Shown here piece by piece: positions 53,621 to 62,980 of a stretch of 64,000 nucleotides of DNA (its first letter is position 1; each line of letters starts with the position of its first letter). The translations under genes were made by a program, and so were the position numbers. The stretch covers positions 89,726-153,725 of the forward strand of contig JAWKNY010000001.1 of the NCBI GenBank assembly GCA_041391485.1, given 5' to 3'. This stretch comes from Bdellovibrionota bacterium (GTDB lineage Bacteria > Bdellovibrionota > FAC87 > UBA2466 > JACKAF01). Under the pieces are notes generated by a model. The model was not told where the DNA came from. It worked only from the letters and a program-made list of their open reading frames with translations, and did no database searches.

Positions 53621-54130
53621 TCATTTTTTCTTCCTCAGGTCTTCCGCTGTAGGTGTAGCGGCCACTGGACCTTTCGGAAATTTCTTCCCAGGGTGCAGCG
53701 AGCGTTCCAGCTCCAAGTATTTGTCGCGGTTCGTTTCAAGCTGCCGAGAGTCCTTGTAGCCCTTATATAATCTGCGCTCTAACTCCTCCGCGGAATAATG
53801 GTTTGACGTTAGCTGATCGGCCAAAACCTGTATTGATAGGCTAATCGCAATCGCGCGCCTTTCTTCATACGTCGCTTCCGAGTTGAACCACTTTTCTCTT
53901 CTTTCATCATCGATGATCTTGAAGAATTGGATAGCCGTAATTCCATAACCCACAGCAGCGGCTACATCCTCGGTAAGGGCCACCTCAATAGTTTGGCCGT
54001 GAACATGTGACCACGCATCCTCAACAAGTGGATCGATAGGGTTAAACGCGGCATCCTCCGGAAATCCGAGATGAAACTGCCCGTCGTGGAACGTGAGCCG
54101 GCTGTTGGCAGCCAACGTCTCAATCTCCAC
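53621..54130 (-). CDS. hypothetical protein (possibly the C-terminal part of a disrupted secreted protein)
   Basis: GTG-initiated ORF with no recognisable domain. The frame is open 22 codons further upstream, to a TGA inside an A5 run. Confidence 0.45.
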   Translation of the reverse strand: MEIETLAANSRLTFHDGQFHLGFPEDAAFNPIDPLVEDAWSHVHGQTIEVALTEDVAAAVGYGITAIQFFKIIDDERREKWFNSEATYEERRAIAISLSIQVLADQLTSNHYSAEELERRLYKGYKDSRQLETNRDKYLELERSLHPGKKFPKGPVAATPTAEDLRKKK

Positions 54131-54700
54131 GCGAGTTGGGCGAAAGGAATCAGATTCCCAATCTTCGAGCGCCTTACGCGCTAACTTGTATTCCCGGATT
54201 TTTCACCGAAAGATAAGGAAAGGACCGCGTAAAGGTTTCGTATTCCTCTTCTTCTTAGATAGAAACTGTAGGTTTCACCCGGCACCGCCTGAATCACAAA
54301 CAGTTTAATTCTCTCATCAAGAGACAAAGATTCACCGTAGGTATTCTCAATCCCTACACCAGGGCCATTGGGCTCTTTCGAAACGGAATCCCCGGACCTG
54401 CATTCTTGGCCGAGGGCAGCTGAACCGGCTTCGGAGGAAGCACTTTTCCAGGTTTAGAGGTGCCTGTTTTCGACCCCAGGGAAACGCCCTTCGTATTTTT
54501 TGCCTTTTCCTTGGAGCCTGCAATGACGTCCGCCCCACTCTGCGATGGGAGTGGAGCAAAATTGAAAGGGGGAAGCAGATTGGGGGCGGCGCTACCTTTG
54601 GAGGTTCTTCCGCATAGCCAATCGGCTGCAAAAGCACACTAAAAATGAGACCAAATGCAACCGTGAAGAACTTATTTGAGCAACTTGAAAGCCAATCCAT
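54131..54700 (-). pseudogene. upstream fragments (signal peptide and Pro/Lys-rich linker) joinable to the 53621-54130 ORF
   Basis: The ATG at 54700 gives MDWLSSCSNKFFTVAFGLIFSVLLQPIGYAEEPPKVAPPP. Plausible coding continues in another frame (PNLLPPFNFAPLPSQSGADVIAGSKEK...) and then a third (GVGIENTYGESLSLDERIKLFVIQAVPGETY...). The reconstruction is tentative. Confidence 0.3.
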
Positions 54701-54775
54701 AACCACCTCCGTACATTTTAGAGGTAGCATAGCGGGGTTTATGGAACAAGACGGCCCCGCCAGTCTGGTCACAAA

Positions 54776-55207
54776 TCACACTGTTTGATCGGGACTCCGA
54801 CAATCGGAAGGGGAAGTTCCCACATAGGTGCGGAAGTGGCGAAAGAACTGACTACTCGCACGGAAGCCGACTTTGGCGCTCGTTTTTAAGACCGATTCTC
54901 CGCTCATAAACCTATTGCTGATGGCTACCGAGACGCGGAGTCTAAGCAGATAGTTTTGGGGTGAGGTCGCATAGGCCCGCGCGAAATATCGAGACATTAC
55001 GGATCGCGATAACTTGAGCCGAGTAGCGATCTTTCCAATCGTCAGGGTGGGGTCGGCATACTCCGCATCCATTATCTCTTTGGCCCGTCTCGCTACCGCC
55101 GAAGGAGTTTGGATATTTTCGATCAGTTCAAGATCCGGCCGTCGCTCGCAGAAATCAAAAATGTCTTGCTCACAAAGAATCGGACCTTTTGGGGCATCAA
55201 AGAACAC
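54776..55207 (-). CDS. AraC-family HTH domain; the N-terminal sensor domain appears disrupted
   Basis: Dual HTH_18 region (LTIGKIATRLKLSRSVMSRYFARAYATSPQNYLLRLRV ... TSAKVGFRASSQFFRHFRTYVGTSPSD). The expected 120-150 aa N-terminal domain is scattered over ORFs 55123-55305, 55265-55474 and 55348-55596 in other frames. Confidence 0.7.
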   Translation of the reverse strand: MFFDAPKGPILCEQDIFDFCERRPDLELIENIQTPSAVARRAKEIMDAEYADPTLTIGKIATRLKLSRSVMSRYFARAYATSPQNYLLRLRVSVAISNRFMSGESVLKTSAKVGFRASSQFFRHFRTYVGTSPSDCRSPDQTV

Positions 55208-55768
55208 GCAAGACTCTTTGGGAAAAAAGAAGGAAGCGGGGCCCTGGAATAGTACGCATCAAAATCAAACTTGGCTGGAGAAAACCGAACTTTCACGAAA
55301 CCCAAGCGCGGAACAAAAAAGCCCGACCGTCGTTGAAAAGCCGTTCTTCATTTTCTCGAAAAAAACATAGCGCCCCATAGGAGGTTCGCGCGGCACCAAA
55401 AACATCCACGCATTGCCGACATTAAATAGCTCTTCATATGGTTTCGTGTAGTGGATCCGACCGTGTTGGTGCAAAAGGCCCTTGGAGGTCTTTTGAAGGT
55501 CGCGTGGCGACCCATGATAAAAAGATCAATGGCACGAGGCATCAGAGAGTTATAGCACGGTGCCCCATTTCCGCCCCAAGGGTTTTCTGTACGCACTTGA
55601 AATCACTAATGATTATCGGGATTGAGGCAAATGCAGGCGCGACCGCACATAAACAATTCAGTGTACAGACGTCCCAATCAAATGGATTGCCCATGGCCCC
55701 TATCGCTAGTACTTTTTGTAGCGTCTCCTGTGGGAACGTCCATTTTGAGCATTGCCTGGAGCAACCAC

Positions 55769-56149
55769 GTGAAAGTTGAACTCAACCATACGATCGTCCA
55801 TTGCAAGAACAAGCGGGAGTCGGCCGAGTTCGTGGCAGAGATCTTGGGGCTGCCCAAACCTTTTCCGTTTTTCCACTTCCTCGTAATACAGACCACCAAT
55901 AAAGCGTCTTTGGATTTCTTTGAAACAAACGAAGAGTTTACGACTCAGCACTATGCTTTTCTCGTTGGCGAAGCAGAGTTCGATGCAATCTTTGAACGAA
56001 TCAAAGACAAAAAGATAACCTACTGGGCCGATCCCGGAAAAAGCCAAAAGAATGTCATAAACACCCATTTTGGCGGACGGGGCTTTTACTTCGAAGAGCC
56101 CTCGGGCAATTTTCTGGAAGTTATCACCCAGCCTTACGACTACGCATAA
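55769..56149 (+). CDS. VOC (glyoxalase) family protein
   Basis: VKVELNHTIVHCKNKRESAEFVAEILGL ... HYAFLVGEAEFDAIFERIK ... GRGFYFEEPSGNFLEVI. Start uncertain (GTG 55769, ATG 55682, or track start 55622). Divergent from the AraC fragment. Confidence 0.7.
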   Translation: MKVELNHTIVHCKNKRESAEFVAEILGLPKPFPFFHFLVIQTTNKASLDFFETNEEFTTQHYAFLVGEAEFDAIFERIKDKKITYWADPGKSQKNVINTHFGGRGFYFEEPSGNFLEVITQPYDYA

Positions 56150-56283
56150 CCTGTCGCGCGACAGGTAACCAGGCCCAAAGCACTCCAGAAAGGGTACAAA
56201 GTCGCAGAAGTCCCCCAAAAAAAAGGGCACGCCCCTCTGCCTTCCGTAGCAAAGAGGCGCGCCCAGGGTTGGGTTTAAGAAAA

Positions 56284-57246
56284 CTAGTCCGGAAATACCG
56301 CAAGCGATTGAACGTCAAACCCCACATTGAGGGTGCGTCCGAAATCGTCCTCGTAGTAGCCGATCTTCCTGTTCTCTCCCGACACCCGTCGATTGAAATC
56401 AGGGTTGGAGTAGAGGCGTACGGCGCAGTCATAGCCTTTCACAGAGTGCACCGTGTTGTGTTTAGGCACGTTGTAGTATTGGCCCGACGGGTATTCCATG
56501 GTGATAGGTGGAGAAAAGGACGAAGTCGTAAACGCTCGTCTCGCCCCCACCTTCGCAAGACATTTGTCGGGTGAGTAAATCTGCCTTACCCGAATGGAAC
56601 GCGCGGACCAAACAACCGCACCCTCACCTCTCCAGTAAATCCCATCCGCACCAGCCCCAATTGGGTAACTTAGATTTTGACCCAATTGAACTTGCCGCAG
56701 CCGCGAGCTGAAGTTTGCCGCCTCATACAAGTCAAAAGCACAATGTGGAGTTCCCTGGCGCGGCGTTTCGTAGATATTACTTACCGCGGGAATGCGATCT
56801 ACCGAGCTATAGTAATCCATGCTGGAACCACCGGCTCCGACTTGAATTTTGCAGTTCGTATCGGACACCGCTCTAACTACCAAAGACCGCGCTGGCCACG
56901 TGCCAGAAAAGCCCGTGATTGAGTTGGCGGTTAGCCCGTTGCGACCAATGTATACAGCGCGCTTCAGATTCGTGCCGTAGACCTGGTACTCTCCGCGTAG
57001 ATCTCGCTCGTGATAGAACGTAAAAGTACACGGACCACTCGTCGAACTCACAATATTCACACCGCCTAGATTCAGCTCCCTGGCCGCGTGTCCCGGTGCC
57101 AAGTCGTAAGTTAGAAGCCGGGCCGATGCCACCCGATCCCCTCTCGTTTCCACCTGCACCTGACAACGCGCCCCAAATGCCGGACTGGATAGCCAGCCAA
57201 GCAGCACTGCGCACACACCCATCCCCATACGTCTGTAAACGCCCAT
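56284..57246 (-). CDS. secreted triple-repeat protein, beta-gamma-crystallin-like (paralog A)
   Basis: Sec signal ending AFG-A. Three repeats of about 100 aa, each with two Cys (CQVQV...CTFTFYHERDLRG; CKIQV...CAFDLYEAANFSS; CLAKV...CAVRLYSNPDFNR), and each ending in an SL/SI-x-V strand (ARSLVV, ARSIRV, VQSLAV). Confidence 0.7.
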   Translation of the reverse strand: MGVYRRMGMGVCAVLLGWLSSPAFGARCQVQVETRGDRVASARLLTYDLAPGHAARELNLGGVNIVSSTSGPCTFTFYHERDLRGEYQVYGTNLKRAVYIGRNGLTANSITGFSGTWPARSLVVRAVSDTNCKIQVGAGGSSMDYYSSVDRIPAVSNIYETPRQGTPHCAFDLYEAANFSSRLRQVQLGQNLSYPIGAGADGIYWRGEGAVVWSARSIRVRQIYSPDKCLAKVGARRAFTTSSFSPPITMEYPSGQYYNVPKHNTVHSVKGYDCAVRLYSNPDFNRRVSGENRKIGYYEDDFGRTLNVGFDVQSLAVFPD

Positions 57247-57292
57247 TCTGTTCTCCTGTTTGTGTGTTAGTTAAAGGGAGTACACCCTGCCC

Positions 57293-58603
57293 CTAAGGCA
57301 GGATGTACGTTCGATAAAGATAAAACGGCGCTCCGCGGTTCCACGTCCCTGCGTAGAGCACGTTGTAACTTGCGCTAAAAAGCACGCTGACTAAGTCAGT
57401 GTTCTCATCCAGCTGCCCACGCGCTCCGTTTGCTTTGGTAACTTCCGCAAATATCGGGGTGTCCGCGCCCCGAACCGCAGCAGTGGCCCAAATACGTGCG
57501 CCGCCATTGCCGTCACGCGTCCCCACATAAAGCTGGTTCAGATGCACCTCCATGGTGTGGGCGTGCACAGTTTTGTTAGGAACAAAACTCTGCGACGGTG
57601 TAACATTCTGGAAGCCGATAAACTCTTTGCGATCGTCTTTCCATATCCCACGCCAAATCTGCGCATGCCCTTGACCGTTATGCGTACCGAAGTAGACATA
57701 GGCGTCTTTAGGACGATTCTTTGCCGACTTGAATTCCTTCATGGAAATGATGGCGCCATTCTTCCGATCGCCGAAGCCGGCCGATCGGCTCATGATGCCT
57801 CCACGCAGATCCGGATTGTTGACGAAGTCGGTCGTGAACTCGGGGGTCATGTTGCGCCAGAACCCAGCGTAGAGCCATACCTGTGGCGCCGTATCCAGTG
57901 TCCCGTCGCCTCCCGGATTACGACGTCCGGTGGCCATCAACAAGTTTCCTTTGAATTCCATCAAGCGTGCGCTGTACCCCGCGTCGCGATGACGGCCGAA
58001 GCCGTCGCCGCCCGATCGGTTCATCGCATCGGACCACTCATTATTGTAGTAAGCCTTAATCCGGATCGGATCACCCAACGCTACGTACAACGTACGCGAA
58101 ACAACGGCCATATCGGTAATTCCCGACGAAGGGCTGTAATCCCAATCGGGTGAAACTTTTGTCCACCCACGTCGTACGCCAACTGCGGGATCAAAGCACC
58201 ACACCTCTGCCCGATCCGTAGCTGCGCAGACCCGCTTTTGGTACACGACCAAGCGGCGGATATCCGCGTTTCGATCGCCGGCAGGCGTTGTCGAACTGAA
58301 CGCCCTGTTTGGAGGCGTTACGTTCTCCATCGTGCGATCGGAGTTTCGGTTTACGGGTTTATTCAGCTCAGACGGCGCATCGCTAAACCGGAACCGGTAG
58401 ATTTTAGCTCCGGTCTCTCGGTTGCGCAGACCAACATAAATGTAGTCGTCCAGGCGAACCATCGTCTCCGATCCGCGGTTGTTTTCGTCTCCCCAGGCAT
58501 CCGAAACGCGCAAGTCAAAGCTTAGCGCGTTCGCCCTTCCCGAAAGACTCAAGAACACCAGGCCGACCACTCCAACTATCCATCGATAGGATTTCTTTTC
58601 CAT
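57293..58603 (-). CDS. secreted repeat protein, probably a beta-propeller
   Basis: Sec signal MEKKSYRWIVGVVGLVFLSLSGRANA. Recurrent blade-like motif (YIYVGLRNRETGAKIYR, LYVALGD, LLMATGRRN, YVYFGTHNGQGHAQIWR, LYVGTRDGNGGARIW, LYAGTWNRGAPFYLYR). Confidence 0.65.
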   Translation of the reverse strand: MEKKSYRWIVGVVGLVFLSLSGRANALSFDLRVSDAWGDENNRGSETMVRLDDYIYVGLRNRETGAKIYRFRFSDAPSELNKPVNRNSDRTMENVTPPNRAFSSTTPAGDRNADIRRLVVYQKRVCAATDRAEVWCFDPAVGVRRGWTKVSPDWDYSPSSGITDMAVVSRTLYVALGDPIRIKAYYNNEWSDAMNRSGGDGFGRHRDAGYSARLMEFKGNLLMATGRRNPGGDGTLDTAPQVWLYAGFWRNMTPEFTTDFVNNPDLRGGIMSRSAGFGDRKNGAIISMKEFKSAKNRPKDAYVYFGTHNGQGHAQIWRGIWKDDRKEFIGFQNVTPSQSFVPNKTVHAHTMEVHLNQLYVGTRDGNGGARIWATAAVRGADTPIFAEVTKANGARGQLDENTDLVSVLFSASYNVLYAGTWNRGAPFYLYRTYILP

Positions 58604-58653
58604 TAGCGAACTCCTCCTCAGATATACGGACCACAATTCCCCGCCCAGACTAC

Positions 58654-59352
58654 TTAGCGTCGTCGTAGCACATAAGTCCGAAGGGAGGAAGCCAAACGCC
58701 CAGGCGAGCCGGTAATGGTTTCTTCACTCAGACGAAGTTCAGCTCTATCTAGCTCAACAAAAAGCTTGATCAGTCTGTCGCCGGCATCGTAGCGGGCCTG
58801 CTTGCGGTTGGGGTTCTCAGTGGGGCTCAAAGTAAGCCCAAGGCCACGCGCGAAGGTCGAGTCACGCCCGCCCCACACCGTAACTCCATTTCCGGCAATG
58901 TTGATTTCCAGCCTGGAAATATCACCCAAGCCCGCCGTGGGATTGACCCATGTGCCGCTAAAAGGTGACAAACGAGTGCCAATTCCCCGGCGATCGCAGT
59001 CGGAATCGTCATGCACGATGACTTCGCCGTCGGTACCGTAACCCTTCATGATCGCAACACCTTTAAACGTGCACTCTCCACGCGGCATCGGAAAGGAAAA
59101 ATGATACGCGGAAGTATGGAATGCCGAGTGTAGGCCTTCGCACCGCGAACCCAAAGGCCGCATAAAACCCGTCTGCACTTGTGTGAAACCTCCGGCAGGA
59201 ATGCGACCAGGGTGAATGTCGATTACATCAGCCACGGCGTCTTGCATGTTGGCGAGGACGGCGTCGGTATCTACGGGCGATAGCCGACAGGCCAAAGCGC
59301 TTTGTGTGCTGATGAAGCTGATTACGAACAACGTTTGAAAAAACTTTTTCAT
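58654..59352 (-). CDS. secreted Cys-containing protein, unknown function
   Basis: Sec signal MKKFFQTLFVISFISTQSALA. Four Cys in the mature protein. No recognised domain. Confidence 0.6.
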   Translation of the reverse strand: MKKFFQTLFVISFISTQSALACRLSPVDTDAVLANMQDAVADVIDIHPGRIPAGGFTQVQTGFMRPLGSRCEGLHSAFHTSAYHFSFPMPRGECTFKGVAIMKGYGTDGEVIVHDDSDCDRRGIGTRLSPFSGTWVNPTAGLGDISRLEINIAGNGVTVWGGRDSTFARGLGLTLSPTENPNRKQARYDAGDRLIKLFVELDRAELRLSEETITGSPGRLASSLRTYVLRRR

Positions 59353-59532
59353 CTAATCCTCCATAGGTGCAACGCCACTTCGGCGCGGCCCGAATGGACA
59401 CTTTGCAACCGCAGTGCCAAATCGAACTCCCGTTTGGAACCACCCAAACGGTGACAAAAAGACCCCCTGCGGCGAGATATTCCTAGATGCAAAAGAACCC
59501 CAGTGTTAAAACGCACCCGATAGGAGGCGTAA

Positions 59533-60531
59533 ATGCGAGCTAAGAGGACAAAATCAGTCGCCAAACTGGGAATTTTTTTCGCATTCGTCGTCGCTAACAC
59601 TCACGCCTGGGCGGCGAGCTGCAGTGTCGAAATCGGACGACCGGATCAAGGAAGAGACACCTATCAAACCTTAAGTTTCAAAGTGGAACACGGCGCCCCT
59701 CAACGCTCCGACAATTTACAAAACGCGCGCGCGGTTTTTCAGACATCTGGCCCGTGCTCTTTTCGTTTTTTTGAAAAAGCAGGTTACCAGGGGCGCTCGA
59801 TCACTATTGGTACCAACCTCGATCGTTGGATCCGATTTGGAATAGACGGCATCGAAAATCGCCTTCAAGGAACCAACAACACATGGGACGCCAAGAGTTT
59901 AATCGTCGAAGCGGCAGAACACACCGACTGCACCATGCGCGTCGGCAACTTGTCTATCACGATGGACTATCACCAAAACGTAAGAAACATCCCGCTTTCT
60001 CGAGTCATTCACAAAACTTTGGGGACCAGCGGCACACAGTGCCTCTTCACGGCACACGATTCCCCCGATTTGAAATTGGCCACACAAGGGTACCGTCAAA
60101 TGGGCGTTGGACAAGATCTCTCTTCGCCAATTTATGCCGGACCGATGGGCGTACTCAACCGTGCAGAGCAGCCGCGACCGGGTCAGTGGCCCGCCGGTAC
60201 CTGGGACATGCAGTCTTTGACTGTCTTCCGACTTCGAGAAGAGCTCGCGGCGAGCCGATGCTGGGTAACTGTGGGTGCCCCCCACATCGGCAACCCAAGT
60301 GGCCCCTACCGAGCTCTTTCAATGAAGTACTACGGAAATGAATGGGGTTACGTCCCCGAAATGACTTACGCCTATGCGTTTGGCGGCCAAAACTGCAACC
60401 GCCTCGCCTTTTTCGAAGATGCTGACTACAACCGCACCCACACCAAACACGAACGCCAGGATTACATGCGTAAGGGAAAGATTGAAGAAGAAGTGGGGTT
60501 TGGATTCCAATCCATAGGTGTTTTTCAGTAG
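59533..60531 (+). CDS. secreted triple-repeat protein, beta-gamma-crystallin-like (paralog B)
   Basis: Sec signal ending AWA-A. Same three-repeat, six-Cys architecture as 56284-57246 (CSVEI...CSFRFFEKAGYQG; CTMRV...CLFTAHDSPDL; CWVTV...CNRLAFFEDADYNR; ends VGFGFQSIGVFQ versus VGFDVQSLAVFPD). Confidence 0.7.
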   Translation: MRAKRTKSVAKLGIFFAFVVANTHAWAASCSVEIGRPDQGRDTYQTLSFKVEHGAPQRSDNLQNARAVFQTSGPCSFRFFEKAGYQGRSITIGTNLDRWIRFGIDGIENRLQGTNNTWDAKSLIVEAAEHTDCTMRVGNLSITMDYHQNVRNIPLSRVIHKTLGTSGTQCLFTAHDSPDLKLATQGYRQMGVGQDLSSPIYAGPMGVLNRAEQPRPGQWPAGTWDMQSLTVFRLREELAASRCWVTVGAPHIGNPSGPYRALSMKYYGNEWGYVPEMTYAYAFGGQNCNRLAFFEDADYNRTHTKHERQDYMRKGKIEEEVGFGFQSIGVFQ

Positions 60532-60630
60532 AAGCGAACCGCTCGCTTCGATGAGTAATAGTGCGTTGCTCCACAGCAACAAACAGCCCGGGCATTGATC
60601 AAAATCTGCGAATACGCTATATGGGCGTCC

Positions 60631-61546
60631 ATGCAGATAAAGCACCCTTCTATTCTAATAGCGCTTCTTTTCTTCGTTTCCCTGGAAGCGAAAAGCATCG
60701 TACCGCCCTGCGCGGATTTAGTATCAGACGCCAGTGCCGCACAGATAGGCCTGGACAATACCATCGAGCTTCTGCCGGGCGAACCGGTCGCCAACCAGAT
60801 ATTTTCAGTAGCAGCCACCTTCTACGATGTTTCTCTCTCGCTTGAGGGTGCCAATGTGGAGGCAATGAAAGCGTTGCTCGCAAGGGGTGGGTCACGCCGG
60901 AAGAGGTAGACTCTCACTCAGCGTTGGCCGAGGACAACGTGGTTTCTCTAGCACCCATTCTGCCCCCTAAAGCGCGCGAAAAACTGGGAACGCGCGACAC
61001 GGGCGATTGTTACTCGGCGGCCTTCCCGTTCAACGATCCGAACTACCGTCCGGGGCCTGAGTTTTTTAAATACTTTCGTAGCACTATTACCCGCTAGGGC
61101 ACCAGGCGGGCGATGCGCTTCGCTACGGTGACCTCATCGTGCTTTGGCGAAAGCACCCTCAAGGCGGTTTTTTCACCCAGCACGTAGCCATCTACCTGGG
61201 CGGAGATTTTATTTATCACAAGTTCGGTCCGGATCCGCGCGCGGCCTATGAGATCATCACAGCCGAAAGCTTTTTCAACTACTATAAGACAGGCATGGCG
61301 CTTGCCGCACGCGGAGCCTCCAGCGATCCCAGTTTTGGGTGGGACTTCCACTTCGAGTATCTCCGCTACGCCAAAGAACTTAGCCCTGCCCAGAAGCGAG
61401 CGGTACAGTCCTCTATCCAAACTCATTCCGCTAGAACCGCTCAGCCGCAGCGAGCCCTCCTGCGCGTAGCTCACTCGAACGGGTGGGACGCAACTCACCG
61501 GCCCATGCGGAAGTGGAGACAAGTACAAGCGCTGCTGCGGTCGTAA
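60631..61546 (+). pseudogene. NlpC/P60-like secreted cysteine peptidase interrupted by two frameshifts
   Basis: Signal peptide MQIKHPSILIALLFFVSLEA in frame 1 (to 60909). Frame 2 carries ...TGDCYSAAFPF... up to the TAG at 61095-61097. Frame 3, open from 61082, carries GDLIVLWRKHPQGGFFTQHVAIYLGGDFIYHKF. Confidence 0.5.
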
Positions 61547-61574
61547 CTAAACCCAGCGCTCAGCGAAACGCTCG

Positions 61575-62090
61575 CTAATTGTTCGACGAACTCTCCCGGA
61601 CAGCCCGCTGATTGGAATTTGTCTTTGCGTTTGTCGAGAGCACAGTAATTGTTGTCGGCACTGCTTTGTAGGGACTCACATAGGCAGCGCAGGTCGTAAC
61701 AAGAGTGATGTCCGGTACTACACCCAAATCCCTCATACTGATAAGTAAACTCTGGGGATTTTCGATGGGCTTTTCCGACACCACTCCACCGCCCCCACGG
61801 CACTCCTGCTCAATTTCAAGCATCCGCTTGGCCACATAAGGAGACTTTTGCTCCACCTGCTCGGGCGTGTACTCAGCCGTTACCTTCCCTACCACGCACT
61901 TGCAGTCCTCTGACTCGCTGGGTTCGCAGGCAATGAGATTTTTTATTTTATCTTGCGTCCAACCCGGACGCGCACCGGCCCCCACCGTATTGCCCGAGTC
62001 CGCGCAGGCACCACACAAAAGTATAAAGACAAAAGCCCCTACTAAAAGCCGCAAGTCCTCTCCCAGAAAAAGAAAGTATGCGTGCGGCAC
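61575..62090 (-). CDS. putative lipoprotein, unknown function
   Basis: Hydrophobic N-terminus with lipobox-like LLCGAC. Five further Cys. Confidence 0.5.
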   Translation of the reverse strand: MPHAYFLFLGEDLRLLVGAFVFILLCGACADSGNTVGAGARPGWTQDKIKNLIACEPSESEDCKCVVGKVTAEYTPEQVEQKSPYVAKRMLEIEQECRGGGGVVSEKPIENPQSLLISMRDLGVVPDITLVTTCAAYVSPYKAVPTTITVLSTNAKTNSNQRAVRESSSNN

Positions 62091-62248
62091 CCCACGCAGT
62101 CAAAACGCGGGCCGCCAAGCGGCTTATGAGATGAACGCAATGGCCAGACAAGAACCCCACAAAATGAATACGCTCTATCCCTAATCCGACGCACACCAGA
62201 TCGCCACACACTCCTAGTCTGCCCGTGCCTAAAGTGTAGGCATGCCGC

Positions 62249-62980
62249 TTGCAGCTTGAAATCGGGACTCTTATTGAAAGCGGGGGGAAATTGGGAAATT
62301 CAATTCGAGCCTATGTGGGCGCTATTTTATCCTTATCATTCGTATTAGCTTTTCAACCAGCCAAAGCGGAAGACCCGGCTTTGGAAGAAGCCTTACGCCA
62401 ACTCCAACGAAGCCTGGATCAGCACAAGGCCGAGCAAGATCCATCCAAAGATGCGCTGGACGCTCTTATTCGAGGTATGAGAACAGACTCGGCCGAACGC
62501 GATCGGCGACTCGCGGACCTAGACACCACGGCCAAATCGCTACAAAAGGAGATAAAGATCTCCTTGAGCGGAGTAAGGAAAAAGGAAATGAGCACTTCGT
62601 TAACGCACCTCAATTGGCTTAACCACTTGGACGCCGTTATCGAGGAGGGCGGGCCGCGCTATGATCGCGACGGAAAGGATCTCAGTTTTCTTGAAATCGA
62701 GGAGCTTCTAACAAAAGGAAGATGGGTGGCTCGTTACGTAAAAACTGCTTTTGATTTTAAGGATAAACTCTCGGATGAGGACAAAGAGGAAATGGCCAAG
62801 CTCGATGCCGTCCGACAATTTAAGCAGGCGGAGGCGGCGGTTTCAGCAATGCTTCAGCAAAGCCCCAATACGGGCTTCACAAGGACGAACCAGCCCTACA
62901 TCCCCCCTGGCCAACGGGAGCTAGCTAAAGAGATGCTTAAGGCATTGCGAGAAAGAGTGGATCCGATTACTTGTCCCTAG
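62249..62980 (+). CDS. secreted coiled-coil protein, unknown function
   Basis: Signal-like AYVGAILSLSFVLAFQPAKA, then a charged helical sequence. Start uncertain (TTG 62249, or TTG 62291 behind a G-rich RBS). Confidence 0.5.
   Translation: MQLEIGTLIESGGKLGNSIRAYVGAILSLSFVLAFQPAKAEDPALEEALRQLQRSLDQHKAEQDPSKDALDALIRGMRTDSAERDRRLADLDTTAKSLQKEIKISLSGVRKKEMSTSLTHLNWLNHLDAVIEEGGPRYDRDGKDLSFLEIEELLTKGRWVARYVKTAFDFKDKLSDEDKEEMAKLDAVRQFKQAEAAVSAMLQQSPNTGFTRTNQPYIPPGQRELAKEMLKALRERVDPITCP

Noticed and set aside
55706-56230. 174-aa minus-strand ORF
   Set aside because: It is antisense to the VOC-family gene, which has recognisable glyoxalase-fold motifs.
57542-58153. 203-aa plus-strand ORF, and similar ORFs at 59826-60341 and 60155-60595
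   Set aside because: These are shadow frames of the propeller-like gene and of paralog B. The chosen frames have signal peptides and internally repeated architecture, and these do not.
61094-61528. 144-aa minus-strand ORF
   Set aside because: It is antisense to the C-terminal NlpC/P60-like segment (HVAIYLGGDFIYH), which is the more credible coding frame.
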